Source: the human T2T-CHM13v2.0 reference genome, Homo sapiens
NCBI RefSeq assembly: GCF_009914755.1
Contig: NC_060936.1
DNA length: 64,000 bases
Reading direction: 5' to 3' (one strand)
Position numbers and translations under genes: made by a program. How positions within the stretch are numbered: position 1 is the first letter of the stretch; each line of letters opens with the position of its first letter. Of this stretch, positions 26,582 to 39,984 are shown piece after piece. The notes under the pieces are model-generated. The model was not told where the DNA came from. It saw only the letters and a list, made by a program, of their open reading frames with translations, and searched no databases.

Positions 26582-27129
26582 TGTCAGAGGCATTTAAACC
26601 AGAGCAACTCCATCTTGAAAAGGAGCTGGGTAAAATGAGGCTGAGACCTACTGGGCTGCATTCCAAGATGGTTAAGGCATTCTAAGTCACAGGATGAGAG
26701 AGGAGATCAACAGAAGATACAGGTCGTAAAGACCTTGCTGATAAAACAAGTTGCAGTAAAGAAGCTGGCTAAAACCCACCAAAACCAAGATAGCCACAAG
26801 AGTGACCTCTGGTCATCCTCACTGCTATACTTCCACCAGTGCCATGGTAGTTTACAAATGCCATGGCAACGTCAGGAATTACCCTATATGGTCTAAAAAG
26901 GGGAGGCATGAATAATCCACTCGTTGTTTAGCATATGATCAAGAAATAACCATAAAAAAGGGCAAGCTGCTGCACTTGGGGCTGCTCTGTCTATGGGGTA
27001 GCCATTGTTTTATGCCTTTACTTTCTTTATAAACTTGCTTTCACTTTACGGACTCGCCCTGAATTCTTTCATGCACAAGATCCAAGAACCCTCTCTTGGG
27101 GTCTGGATCAGGACCCCTTTCCTGTAACA
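26582..27129 (+). mobile_element. MER41A 5' LTR (ERV1, MER4 group)
   Basis: tgtcagaggcatttaaaccagagcaactccatcttg...ggacccctttcctgtaaca; TG..CA termini; paired with the 3' LTR. Confidence 0.92.
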
Positions 27130-30100
27130 TCATTCTGGAGACCACCAAGGGACTAGAGTGAGGAAACCCCTGACCCAAAAGCTAACTTTAGGGTAAGTGG
27201 TGGTGTCCTATAACATCTTTCTGGTGACCATGGAAGCAACTATAGTGCAGAAACCCCCAACCCAAAAGCTAACTTTGGGTAAGTGGTGGGGTCCAGTAAC
27301 ATCTTTCTGGCGAACCACAGAATGGATGATACTGAGGTGACCCCCCACCCAAAGGAAATAGACTGCAGCACTGATTCAATAACTCTGGGTAAGTGGTGGT
27401 GGGGTAGCTGGGTAACGAATGGGATTGGGTTAGAGGCCCAACTTAGGGGAATTAGAGTCTCTCCTAAGACAGAGTGGATTAGAGGCCCCACTTAATAAAA
27501 GGCAAGGACACTTGACTGACCTTGGGTTAAAGGCCTAACTTAGGATGGTTAGAGTCCCTTCTAAGACTTAGGGGGTTAAAGGCCTCTCTCAGTAAAGTCC
27601 CTCTTGGTAAAGTCCCTTTTGCCTAAGAACGGATTTGACACTATGGGATGTTAACTGCTATTCTGTTTGGAATAATCTGCCTTGTACTCTTTGCTGACCG
27701 CTATGGGTGACAGAATTAGGCATGTACAGGATCGTGGGACATGGGGAGCTTTTTTCACCCTAAAAGGGGAAACTTGAGAGCTGATGGGACTGCTGGAAAA
27801 GATCCCTTCATTACCGACAAGCGGTCACCTGAACTTTTCAGTGTCACTGCAGTGTGTGGATCTTTCCCTGGCCTCTCTAAGTGACTCGCCTTCCCCACCC
27901 TGCTTCAGGCAATGCTTTCCTCTCTCTCGCTCATTCTGTGCAAACTGGTTGAATGAATGGTAAAAATCACTGTTTATCTTCTGTAAAGTTTTGATTCATG
28001 GGAAAAAGGATTTGTGAGGCTAGTCTTAAGCTGTAACAAATCCGGTCTGCTTTGCATGTCTTTCTGTATTGTTCTGTCATCAAGAGAGGTACATTAGGAC
28101 AAAACACAGGCTTTGGACACCTATAAGCCTGCTGTTCAAGACGACCCAGCAAACTGGCCAGTTACAAACTTTGCTGCAGGTCCCTGAAAAAAATGGATGA
28201 GGTTTCCCTCTTGTCTTGTATGTCCTTGGGAGCTTGACCTTGTAACCGTGTGGCCATGCTTTCTCTTGTCACAATGGCAGCCTAGGTTCAGGGTTTGATT
28301 CCAAGCTTAGGGGATAAGTCCTTTATCTTCTTCTGTCTGTGTATTTATATGTATTGTGTGTGTGATGTTTATATATGAAAGAGCTTTGATTAATTGGTTT
28401 AATAATAAGAGGTTAAATCAAATATTTTGTGAGAAAAGTAAAAGGTATAATGCCTTTTATTTAGTTCACGTGATTTAAATAATCTTTGGGAAATAAAGGT
28501 AATTGTAAAGGATTATTGGTAAAATAAAATATCTTCAGAAATGTAAACATTTAGTCTAAATTATGCTGGTCAGATATTAAGTTTGCTAAATGCTTTAGGG
28601 TAATAAACTGCTTCTTTGACTTTTGAAAACTGTTCAATTGATTTTGGAGCATTAGATTCTAGATACAGCTGGGGACATGTGGAGTTAGCCACACCCCCTA
28701 ACTATGCTGGAAAAAGTCAGCTCTTATCTGCACTTCTGTCTGCTGTCCTAGGCTCCACGCATGGTACATAATTAAAATCCCGAACTTACCAAGGTTTTCA
28801 TCAAAAGTAAAAGTTGCTAAGAGTTAACATTGTTACATGTAATTGAGACTACTGAAGGAACAGTTTTACATGCGAGGTGTATAAAGAAAGTGAAATGTGT
28901 TTTTGGTAAAAGATTATAAGAAGCCATGGGAATGTGGATTTTTTTTGCCTAAGTTTAGAGAGCTACAGGATTGTTTTAAGTAAGATAGGAAAAGCTGAAG
29001 TTTTAAGCAAGTTGTGGAAAGTTTGTGAAAAATTAATCTTGTAAAACAAATTCTGTCTGTGAACATATTGGCTAAAGTTAAAGGGGTATTATTCAGTTTT
29101 TCTGTAAATTAAACATTGGAATAAAAGCACAATAGGTTTTTCTTAGAGCAAAAACCTGCTTATGATCTGCTCTTTAACAAAAATTGTACAGGGTTATAAA
29201 AGGTTTATTAAAATTTTACCTTATGATCAAACTGATTAAGATTGAATACATTTGTCTGTAAGGTTTCATTAAAAATTGGGTTTAACATCAGTAGTGCACT
29301 AATGCAACAGTGATATCTGGCTTACTTGATATTAAAATCCTACAGGAAGCATTGTCAAATATAAAATGGTGTTTGGTTTCCTTTGGGCTGTATTTGCATA
29401 AATGTGTTTTTGGTATATGTTCCAAAATTATGGGAAACTCCTATAATTCTAATATGACTTAGTGTATGTTTTTAATAATTGTTACATAAAATCATTGTAT
29501 GCCACAAAGCTAACCAAATTTCTTTATCAATCGTGTTTTTTGACTGTGGTTGTCCCAAGATATTTTGTCATCCACAAACAACTGTTATCTTGTTTTGGTC
29601 CTCTTTAGAAGTTGATTTATAATTAACTATAAAATTCTAGCAGGTGTTCTTGAATGCAGGTTTCTGATAACTTTGGAGATTGTGACATCAGAAAAAAAGG
29701 GAAAAACTTTCAGGACTCATGGAGAGCTGAAATGTTCATGAATATCAAGCAAAACGAATTAACTGAATTGACTGAACCAATAGAAGTCTAAAGTAATCTT
29801 TTTAACTTTGCTTAAAATGTTGCTGATCCTTTGTTTTTCAGAGTCAAGAAAACTTTTCTTTTGAGTTATTTAAGGCTTGTAACAATTGAACAAACTCCTG
29901 TGAACAAAATTTGGAGCATATTTGTTTCTCTCTACCTGATTTCTCCAGAATTTGGAAAGTAGTTGTAAGTATTCTTAATTTATGGCAATATAGTTACTTG
30001 CATAAGTGCAATACAAATCTGTTTTCTTTTGCAATACTAAGACACAATTGAAGAAACCGGTTATTTTACCGAGGCTTTGACTGGAATGGTGTGCTTTCCT

Positions 30101-31129
30101 TTAAGGACTCAAACTTGACTTGTAAAGCCAATAAAAGCCGCTTGAGGAACTAGCCTTAGACCTTGTCTATGACAGTCCCTATACAGAGTTTCTGACCTGT
30201 AGTAAGTAAAGAATGTGACTTTCTAACAAGTCCAGGAACCCCAAGTTATCTTGGGACCTCAAAAGGAAAGGAATTTACCCAATTCATAGGTATTAGAGAG
30301 TACAAACCCACAGCAGGGCTCAGCTCTAAAAAAGTCTTATCTAAGAATCCTTCTATGGAACAGAGTTCCATCAAAGCCAATTTGAAAGAGCTTATGTGAA
30401 AAATAATTATTATAATTATTCTTGCTGCACTTATACAAATAAACAGGCCAAGTATAATAAAGCAAATCAGTCTTACCATGATTTGTCTTTAGTAAAAATG
30501 GGAAACGGGAGAGAGAAAAATTATATTTCAAGAACTATGGTACATCTGTTATTAGATTATAGTCTCATCAGTTGTTTTTAAGTTTGTTTCTGTAACTTAG
30601 GCTAACGCTGCTTATTCCTGTGAACCAACCAGTAATCTCTGACTGCTGCTCAGAAAAAAAACAAAATGGATGGGTAATGTAAAAATCTGGATCAGTATTC
30701 TAATTCTGTGCATATATTGGAATTGGCTAGCAAACCCATATCAGCTTGGTTCCAACAGTTGCCCAGTTCATGGAAAGCCTTCTTACTTGGTTTTCTTGAG
30801 ATATTTTTACTTATGTTGCTTTACTGTTGTGTAATGTATTGCTGTTGTAGTCTTTTTGTAGAAATGCAGGACAAGCTTTCTGAATGTTTTCTTAAACTAA
30901 ACACTTATTAATCTTCCAGATATTGCCTCTTGTCGGAACTCAAGAGTCACGGATAGCCCTCACCATACTGATGCTTTCTGACTGAGCTCCTCCCTACCCT
31001 GAACACAAGAGATGCTAATAGGCAGAAATACCATCACCCCTTTCAGCCTGAAGAAGTTACAGAAGATGGATATTTATCCCTCTGCAACCCTTAGGATTAA
31101 AGGTTCTCTTATAGAAGGGAGGGGGGAAA
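27130..31129 (+). mobile_element. MER41 internal region (non-autonomous, no gag/pol ORFs)
   Basis: PBS-like tggagaccaccaagggac at 27136-27153 (resembles tRNA-Arg complement); AT-rich MER4-group body; PPT agaagggaggggggaaa before the 3' LTR. Confidence 0.88.
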
Positions 31130-31980
<851 letters not shown>

Positions 31981-34271
31981 GCTTGACTTACGATATTTTC
32001 AATTTGTGATAGGTTTATCAGGACATGTCCCCATTGTAATTCAAGGGACAACTGTGGTTGGTTCTCACACTTTGCATGACTTTTGAAATACATGAAAATA
32101 CTTAATTCAACCGTTATTCTTTCTCTCTCTGATCCAAGTCCATCTCTGTTTAATTTTATTGGACTCTCAGGAAATATCCCATACTGTGATAGTGCTTTAG
32201 GCAGAGTCCTTAGCAAAATATCCTCTTGGGGATGTGGAAGATGGGAAAGTAAGGGTGGAAAGGGCTGCTGTGACTCTCCTGTTTGATTATTTCTAGAGCA
32301 TTAAAAAGTAATTGCTTAAGCATTAATTTGAATTCTAAGGAATAGTAGTAGTTACTAAAATTTGATTCTGAAGTAACTGTCCAAATTACTAATCGAGGTG
32401 AGAACCTCTCCACCTGCTTTCTATTCCCTCCATGTAGCTTCTCCTGTCTCTATCTCTCAATCTCACCAGAGTCAGTGTCATCCCCATCCCCTTTTCTCTT
32501 ACCTTTCTCACTCTCCATCCCCCCATTTCTAACCTTCTTACTTCCTTAGAGATAGTATACATAAAAGCATATTTTAAGTATTCATTTAATATACATTGAT
32601 GTCTCCTTTTCTAAGTTATAAAAGATTAGTTGAATATGAAAATTTAGAAATAACAAAATACTACCTAGTACATAATAGATGTGTGTTAATGTTCACTCAT
32701 TTCCCCATTTAGTTTATTTGTTGTATATTTTTGCCTTACAATTGGCCCTTGATTAATTTTGTCAGGATCAATGGCAGGATTAATGGGGAGAAAACAGGAT
32801 TCCCCATCTTAACGCTAGCCTTTCTCCATTCCATGGTCTTTCTAGCCATAATGGTCCCCAAAAATTCCAACTTTATAATGTTACTGTTAAAAGTTGCATG
32901 TCTAGTATATAAGGCCTCTTATTAGAACACAGGATGTTCAAGTCTTCACAGATTAGGCACTGGAATGAGAAGCTCCAGGTAGGACAGGGCATCTGACCCA
33001 GCAGCCAGATTGTCTTAATAAGTGTCCATCTCCAGCAAGGCTGTTTTACTTGCTGCAACTTACATACTCTTCCCTCATTGGTCTGTGGCTGCCTACATAG
33101 AACGAGGTATATGGATGGCAGAAGAATTTCCTACATTCTACTTAGCTCAAATGAAATCCACCAGCACTTTCTTTTAAATGTTCTTAATTGCCAAAGGAAA
33201 TATAAATGGAAATATATAAAAAACTTATAGTTTTTCAAACAACAGGTTATTGATCCTCTATGGATCACATCCTCCTGCATACAGTCTCTTCCATGACTGA
33301 GATCAAGAGACCAAACTTAAACCTTCTGGACATCATGGTCCATTTGCACCAGGAAAGCAGAAACAGTACCCATATTGCCTACAATTATATCTCCAGTGTC
33401 TATCACAGTACCTAACACATAAAAAGTGTTCAGTAAATACTTCAGAAATAAATGAATGATACATGCACATAAATTCTCACCGTTTCAAAAAAGAAACACC
33501 CCCTCCCCAGATGTAGGTGAACTGGGCCATTACCCATTACATGAACTAGCAAACAGGAAGAATTTCTTTTAGTAACAAGAGAGTTGTTCTTTCAAAATTA
33601 TCTTACAGGAATCTAAATTATGTTAACATTTCAAAGCAAATTCAAATGAGTAGGTTTTTTTTCCTTTGTCCATGTAAATCAAACAACATATGACCAAGAA
33701 TGTCCTAAAACACTTTGTTCATTTCCTCACAGCACCATAGCACAGCTCTTTTTCAAAGGAAGAGAAAGAGTAATTCGTAACTGTTTGCCTCCCCTCAACA
33801 GCTGCTATTTAAATTATGAGGTGTCATCCTGTTGTAAATTATATCTTACCTAAGGAAATTGCACTAATTTGGCAAATACCAAGTAAATCTAGCCAAATTA
33901 AATACAGAGTTACTTATACTAAGAGCTGGAACACACAATCTTACTAAGGCAAAGTGACAAGAATTACTTCAAAGACTAAAGAGCAATTAGAGGTGCAGAG
34001 CACAACTAAAGCAGGGTGCAATAATGACACTGAAATAGCAGCTTTTGACAAGCCCGACAACAAGGGCTCCTTATGACCTCCACATCATCTTTTCTAAAGC
34101 TTCTAGTGATTAGTGACAACTCTTCGGCTAAGCCCAAGCAAAGTCTGAACTAAAAAAACTAACAGCAATATGGAAGCCAGAATCAAATATGATTTCACTG
34201 GAGTAACAAAGATAAAATTAAAAACAACTCTCAGCATTTCAAGGAAGAAAGAAAGAGATGGAAAATGTAAT

Positions 34272-34596
34272 TAGTCATCCCTAGGTATCTGCTGGGGAAT
34301 GGATTCCAGGACCCTCTGCAGATACCAAAATCTACAGAAGCTCAAGTCCCTGATATAAAATGCTATAGTATTTGCATATAGCCTATGCACATTCTTCTGT
34401 ACACTTTAAACCATCTCTAGATTACTTATAATACCTAATACTCCCTATCCATCACTTTATTCATGTAGATTCAATGTAGTACTCAGGGTGCAGCAAATTC
34501 AAGTTTTGCTTTCTGGAACTTGGCAGAATTTTTTTCAAATATTTTCAATCTGCAGTTGGCTGAATTCATAGATGTAGAACCTATGGATACTACTGT
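34272..34596 (+). mobile_element. MER2/MER2B Tigger MITE
   Basis: gtcatccctaggtatctgc...ttccaggaccc...gataccaaaatc...ctcaagtccctgatataaaatg...gaacctatggatac. Confidence 0.8.
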
Positions 34597-35269
34597 ATAT
34601 ATTAACATACACATCTCTGATTTCTTACAGAGAATGGGAGTACCATTCTATTTTGTGCCAATAAATGTGCTAGTTACTTTACAAAAATTATTTTATTTAA
34701 TTTCTAAATAAACCCAAGATGTCTACATCACCATCATTTTACAGTATGTACACTGAAAATGAAATAGGTTTAAATAACCACTCAAAGTCATACTCCCAGT
34801 AAGTGGCAGTGCCATGGTCTAAGTACAAATCAGTTTGACTCTATTATACCCCAAGGCAGGAAAGAGAAGTTTCATAGCACCAACAAAGAACTTAATGCCA
34901 AAACTGTGTGTGATTCTGGAGAGAAGTAAGCCCTAATGCCCTAACAAATCCCTTGTCTATAACAAATGAACTTCTCTCCTACCCATCTAAAATGAAAAGG
35001 ATGGTTATATATCATCCTTTGGAAAACTAAGAAAACAGTTATGCATATTATTATCTGTGTTCTGTGGTAGATGAGGAATCCTGGCGAGAAAGACTAGAAT
35101 GGAGAGTATGATAGTTTCCTATTAATAGTGTGAAAACACATTCCCTGAGATGATCCAGCAAAGCTACTCCTAGGAAAATACTCTATTAGGAATGTGCCAT
35201 GGTAGTCTGGTAAAGCTCATGGAACCTTTCCCAGAACAATGATTTATAATCTACATTCATAATTGAAGG

Positions 35270-37685
35270 CAATAAGCTAGCCTCCATGGTCCCAGGCACC
35301 AGGCTGGCATCCACAGACCCAGCCTTCAGGAACACCCCTGTGGACCCAGGTTCTAACCTGGCTCCCATAGGTTCAGGCTTAAGGGCCACCCCAGCACCTG
35401 GCCAAGTTCTGTAGAGCCAGGCTTCAGGCCAGGCCCATGGTTACAGGTTTCAAGTCCGCCCCCATGGACCTAAGTGCCAAGCAAGCCCAGTGGACCAAGG
35501 CTTCAGGCCCAACCCCATAGATTCAAGCACCAGACTCATATACCTACTGACCCAGGCACCAGGCCAGCCTGCTCAAGGACTGTATCAGCAATCCTGCCTG
35601 AGAAATCCACCAGACAGCCCATCAAGAATCTCTGGACGGGCTGATTGGTGAAGGACTTTCCTTGCTGAAGTTAGTTAAGACTAGACTAGATGCCTAATTC
35701 TTAAAATGTGCAGACACCAACACAAGGTCACAAAAATCACAAATAATCAGGGAAACACAAAACCACCAACAAAGAACAAAACAAAGCAACAGTGACTGGC
35801 CCTAAAGAAATGGAGATCTATACATTTTCTGATAAAGAGGTCAAAATAATCATCTTTAAAAAGTTCAGTGAGGTGGGCATGGTGCCTTGTGCCTGTAATT
35901 CCCAACACTTTGGAAGTGGAGGTGAGAGAATCGCTTGAGGCCACAAGTTTGAGACCAGCCTGGGCAACATAGTGAGAACACATTTCTACAAAAAACTTTT
36001 TAAAAATTAGCCAGGCATACTGGCACATGCCTGTAGTTCCAGCTACTCAGGAGACTGAGGCAGGAGGATCACTTTAGTCCGGGGATTCAAGGCTGTACTG
36101 AACTATGATCATGCCAACACACTTCAGCCTGGGCGACAGAGCGAGATCCTGTCTCTAAAAAAGAAGTTCAGTAAACTACAAGAGATCTCAGATTGACCAC
36201 CAAACAAAAACCAGGAAAACAATTACACAAAATTAGAAGTTCAACAAAGAGACAGAAACCATAAAAAGAACTAAACAGAAATTCTGGAGCTAAAGAATAC
36301 AATGTCTTAACTGAAAAATTCCATAAAGGGCTTTAACAGCAGATTTGATCAAACTATAGAAGGTGAGCTCAAAGGCAGGTCATTTGAAACTACTCAGTCA
36401 AAGAAACATGAGAAAAAAAGAATTTAAAAAGACTGAAAAAAGCCTACATGAGTATAGGATATCATCAAGAGAACTGATATAGGAATTACGGGGTCCCAGA
36501 AGGAATAGAGAAAGAAAAAGGGGCATAACAGTTATTTAAAGAAATAATAACAGAATACTTCCCTAATTTGGACAGGAAATGAACATCCAGATTCATGAAT
36601 TCCAAATAACACTAAATAGATTAACTATAAAGAGATCATCACTGAAACACATTAAATCATTCTCAAAAGTCAAAGTGAATTTTGAAAGCAGCAACAGAGA
36701 AGCAACTCATCACAAACAAGAAAACTTACATAAGACTATCAGCAGATTTCTCAGCAGAAACCTTGCAGGCCAGGAGACAGTGGGATGACATATTCAAAGT
36801 GGTGAAAGAAAGGACTGCCAACCAAGACTATTACACTCAGAAATGAGGGAACGATAAGGACTTTCCCAGAAAAATAAAAGCTAGGGGAGTTTATCACCAT
36901 GAGACCTGCCTAACAAGAAATGCTGAAGGCATTTCCTAAAGTTGAAGTGAAAGGACACTAATTAACAACATGAAAACATGTAGAAGTATAAAATTCACTT
37001 TAAAGGTAAGATTATAGTCAAATTCAGAATCATCTACTGTAATGGTGATGGATAAATCGCTTTTAATTCTAGTATAAAAGTTAAAAGACAAAAGCATTAA
37101 AAATAAGTGTAGCTATAATAACTTGTTAATGGATATACAATATATAAATATATATAAATTGTGGCATCAATAACATAAAATTATTATAAAAACAATTATA
37201 CAAAATTAGAAGTTCAACAAAATTAGAAGCGATGTAGAACTCTACACTTTAACTTATCCTGGGAGGAGAAGTTAGTGTAGAGTTTTTGTATGCAGTTGAA
37301 GTCACACTGCTATCAGCTTAAAATAAACTGTTATAACTACAAGACATTTTAGGTTACAGAGCACAAAGTTTCAGTTAGACAGGATGAATAGATTCTAGAG
37401 ATCTATTGTACATTATGACTATAATTAATGAAATGCATTTTATACTTTAAAATATCTAAGAGAGTATATCTTAAATGTTCTCACTACAATAAATACATTT
37501 GTGTGGTGATGGATGCGTGTTCTGGGGCATATATGCTTCATTTAATCAATTCATAATGTATACATATATTAACTCTTCATGTTATACACCATAAATATAT
37601 ACATTTTTTCTTTGCCAATTATAGTTTAATAAAGCTGGAGGAAAAAATTAAACCTACCAGTTCAATAAATAAATAAATAAATAAA
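35270..37685 (+). mobile_element. Old L1 (L1MA8/9-like): 5'UTR repeats, ORF1 relic, inter-ORF, then 3'UTR directly
   Basis: gacccagg-type 5' repeats; ORF1 motifs (cagatttctcagcagaaaccttgcaggccagg, tgggatgacatattcaaagtg); L1MA 3'UTR from about 37350. Confidence 0.75.
35872..36160 (+). mobile_element. AluJ in L1 ORF1 relic
   Basis: J-type dimer; TSD aagttcagt. Confidence 0.9.
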
Positions 37686-38296
37686 TGTAATCAAAGGCAA
37701 TGAAATAGTGAAAATAATGAAAATTGTGAAAACAAGCTAGTGAAAATAAAGGTATGACTTTTTTTCCCATCGAAGTTTATGAATCCAAAAAACGATGAGA
37801 TGTATATTTAATTTAGGGATACATACACATGTGATAAATGATAAAACTAAAGAAAATAAAGGGGATGGTTAACACAAAACTCAGGATAGTAGTTATCTTT
37901 GTGGTGAAACGGGGGCTTCTAAGTTACTTGCAAGTGCTCTTTCTTAAGCTAAATGAGAGGCACTTGTGTAATTTTTATTTCTTTTAGAAGTTCTATTAGT
38001 GGGGAATTTCTTCCCCACTTCCATTGTTTCCTTCTGGTAATGGGAATTTGGAGAGTGAAACTGTGGCATTTCTCCATTCTTTTACTTGCACAGCCCTAAA
38101 GAAGTGAAGGGACTTATATGATTACCTGAATGCTAAGACTGGGTAAAATTACAGGTTCAGAATTGGCACACCCACTTGGCCAAAATACCTAAAGCCAGAT
38201 CTTTACATCTAGCCTCTATTACATAAAAGGTGGAAATTTGGTATCCATCTTCCCTACCCTCCTCCTCAACCTTTCTTTAGTGAAACGAACAGGTCT

Positions 38297-39150
38297 ATTT
38301 AACTTCAAAACCTGCTATAAAGCTACAGTAATCAAGACACTGTCATGTTTGTGAAAGAACAGACAAACAGATCAAAGGAACAGAACAGATAGCCCAGAAA
38401 TAGACTTACATAAAAATATCAACAGATCTTTGACTAAGGAACAAAGGCAATAAAATTAAGTAAAGGTAGTCTTTGAACAAATTATGCTAGAACAACTGGA
38501 CATCCACATGCAAGAAACTAAATCTAGACAAAGGCTTTTCACCCTTCACAAAAATTAACTAAAAATGGATCATAGACCTAAATGTGAAGTGCAAAACCAT
38601 AAAACTCCTAGAAAATAACATAGGAAAAAAATCTAGATGACCTCAAGTGTGGCAATGACTTTTTAGATACAATACCAAAGGCACAATCCGTGAAAGAATC
38701 AAATGATAAGCTGGACTTCATGAAATTTAAAAACTTCTGTTCTGCAAAAGACAGTGTCAATAGAATGACAAGATAAGGCACCAACTGGGAAAAATATATG
38801 CAAAAGACATACCTGATAAAGGCTATGTCTTTGTATATTATTATCCAAAATATACAAAGAAACTTTAACGCTCAACAACAAGAAAATAAACAACCTAATT
38901 AAAAACTGTGCAACAAGTATACTTATGTAACAAACCTGCATGTTCTGCACATGTATCCCAGAACTTAAAGTATAATAAATAAATAAACCACAAAGAAAAG
39001 GAATTATTGGGTTAATATCCTAACTATCAGAATCACTAATGTGGATTTCTAAATAAAGCCCATAAACAACAACAACAAAAAAACTGTACAAAAGACCTGA
39101 ACAGACACCTTACCAGAGAAATTATATAGATGGCAAATAAACCAATAAAA
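38297..39150 (+). mobile_element. L1MB/MC ORF2 fragment
   Basis: tataaagctacagtaatcaagacac, gatcatagacctaaatg, aaaacttctgttctgcaaaagacagtg. Confidence 0.85.
38914..39078 (+). mobile_element. L1PA6/7 3' stub plus 3'-transduced sequence
   Basis: tatgtaacaaacctgcatgttctgcacatgtatcccagaacttaaagtataataaa, then about 75 bp non-L1 with AATAAA and a (CAA)nA tail, all inside TSD aaaaactgt(g/a)caa. Confidence 0.8.
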
Positions 39151-39984
39151 CAAATGAACAAATAAAAAGATATTGAGAATGTATACTGGAAAAGCCCACA
39201 TTTCTTTTTAATGACACTTATATTTCATATTTTACTTAACCATTCCTAAATTGTTGAATATTGTTATTGTTTTCTCTTCTTTAGCTAAGGAACACAGCTA
39301 ATGAAAAACAATATTTCTGCAAATTTTTTACCCACATTTGGGCTACCCTAAAACTCAACTGGAATGAAGACATTAACTGATAAGATTATCAGGCCCTTCC
39401 ATCTAAATCTGTTGTCAGACAACAAGGAAGCTCTAAGTGGCATAACCTACAACATATTTTGTATAAGTAGAACTTGAACAATACCCACAGAATTTTGTAT
39501 GAAAAGTCAACAAAATAGCCCGTATTTTCTATGGGACATGCATCAAAACAACTAATGATACTCTTATTTGCCTTGAATTTTGCCCATCCCATGTTGACTC
39601 AACAACCTATGTTAATTATAAATTTTACAAGCAAGAAAGTGTATCATTGAATGTGTGTACTCATGAGTAAATGGAGATACAATTTTGTTATTTATTGTTT
39701 AAGATCAGAATTCTTTGCTTGCTGGTTAGTTTATATTTTCCTTTCTGAGCCAAGGCCTTATAAATATGTCTGGTTCATCTGACAGCTCTCTAGAAAGTGT
39801 ACCAATGTATACTCTTTCCTTCAATGTGACAGTGCCTATTGCCCTTACCTTCTCTTAAAGACTGTAATTTTTACATATTTCTGCTGATTGGATGGATGTA
39901 ATAACATACAACAGTTGTTTAAACTTGTAATTTATTATTTGTGAGTTTTAACATTTTATCTATGTTGGCTACATACCTTTTGGT

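Noticed and set aside
26582-27129. MER41 as an interferon-gamma/STAT1-inducible enhancer
   Set aside because: That activity is tied to tandem GAS (TTCnnnGAA) sites of MER41B; these LTRs are MER41A-type and I see no such tandem sites.
27125-27410. CRISPR-like repeat-spacer pattern
   Set aside because: The units are degenerate tandem copies within an ERV leader in a primate genome; spacers are not unique and there are no cas genes.
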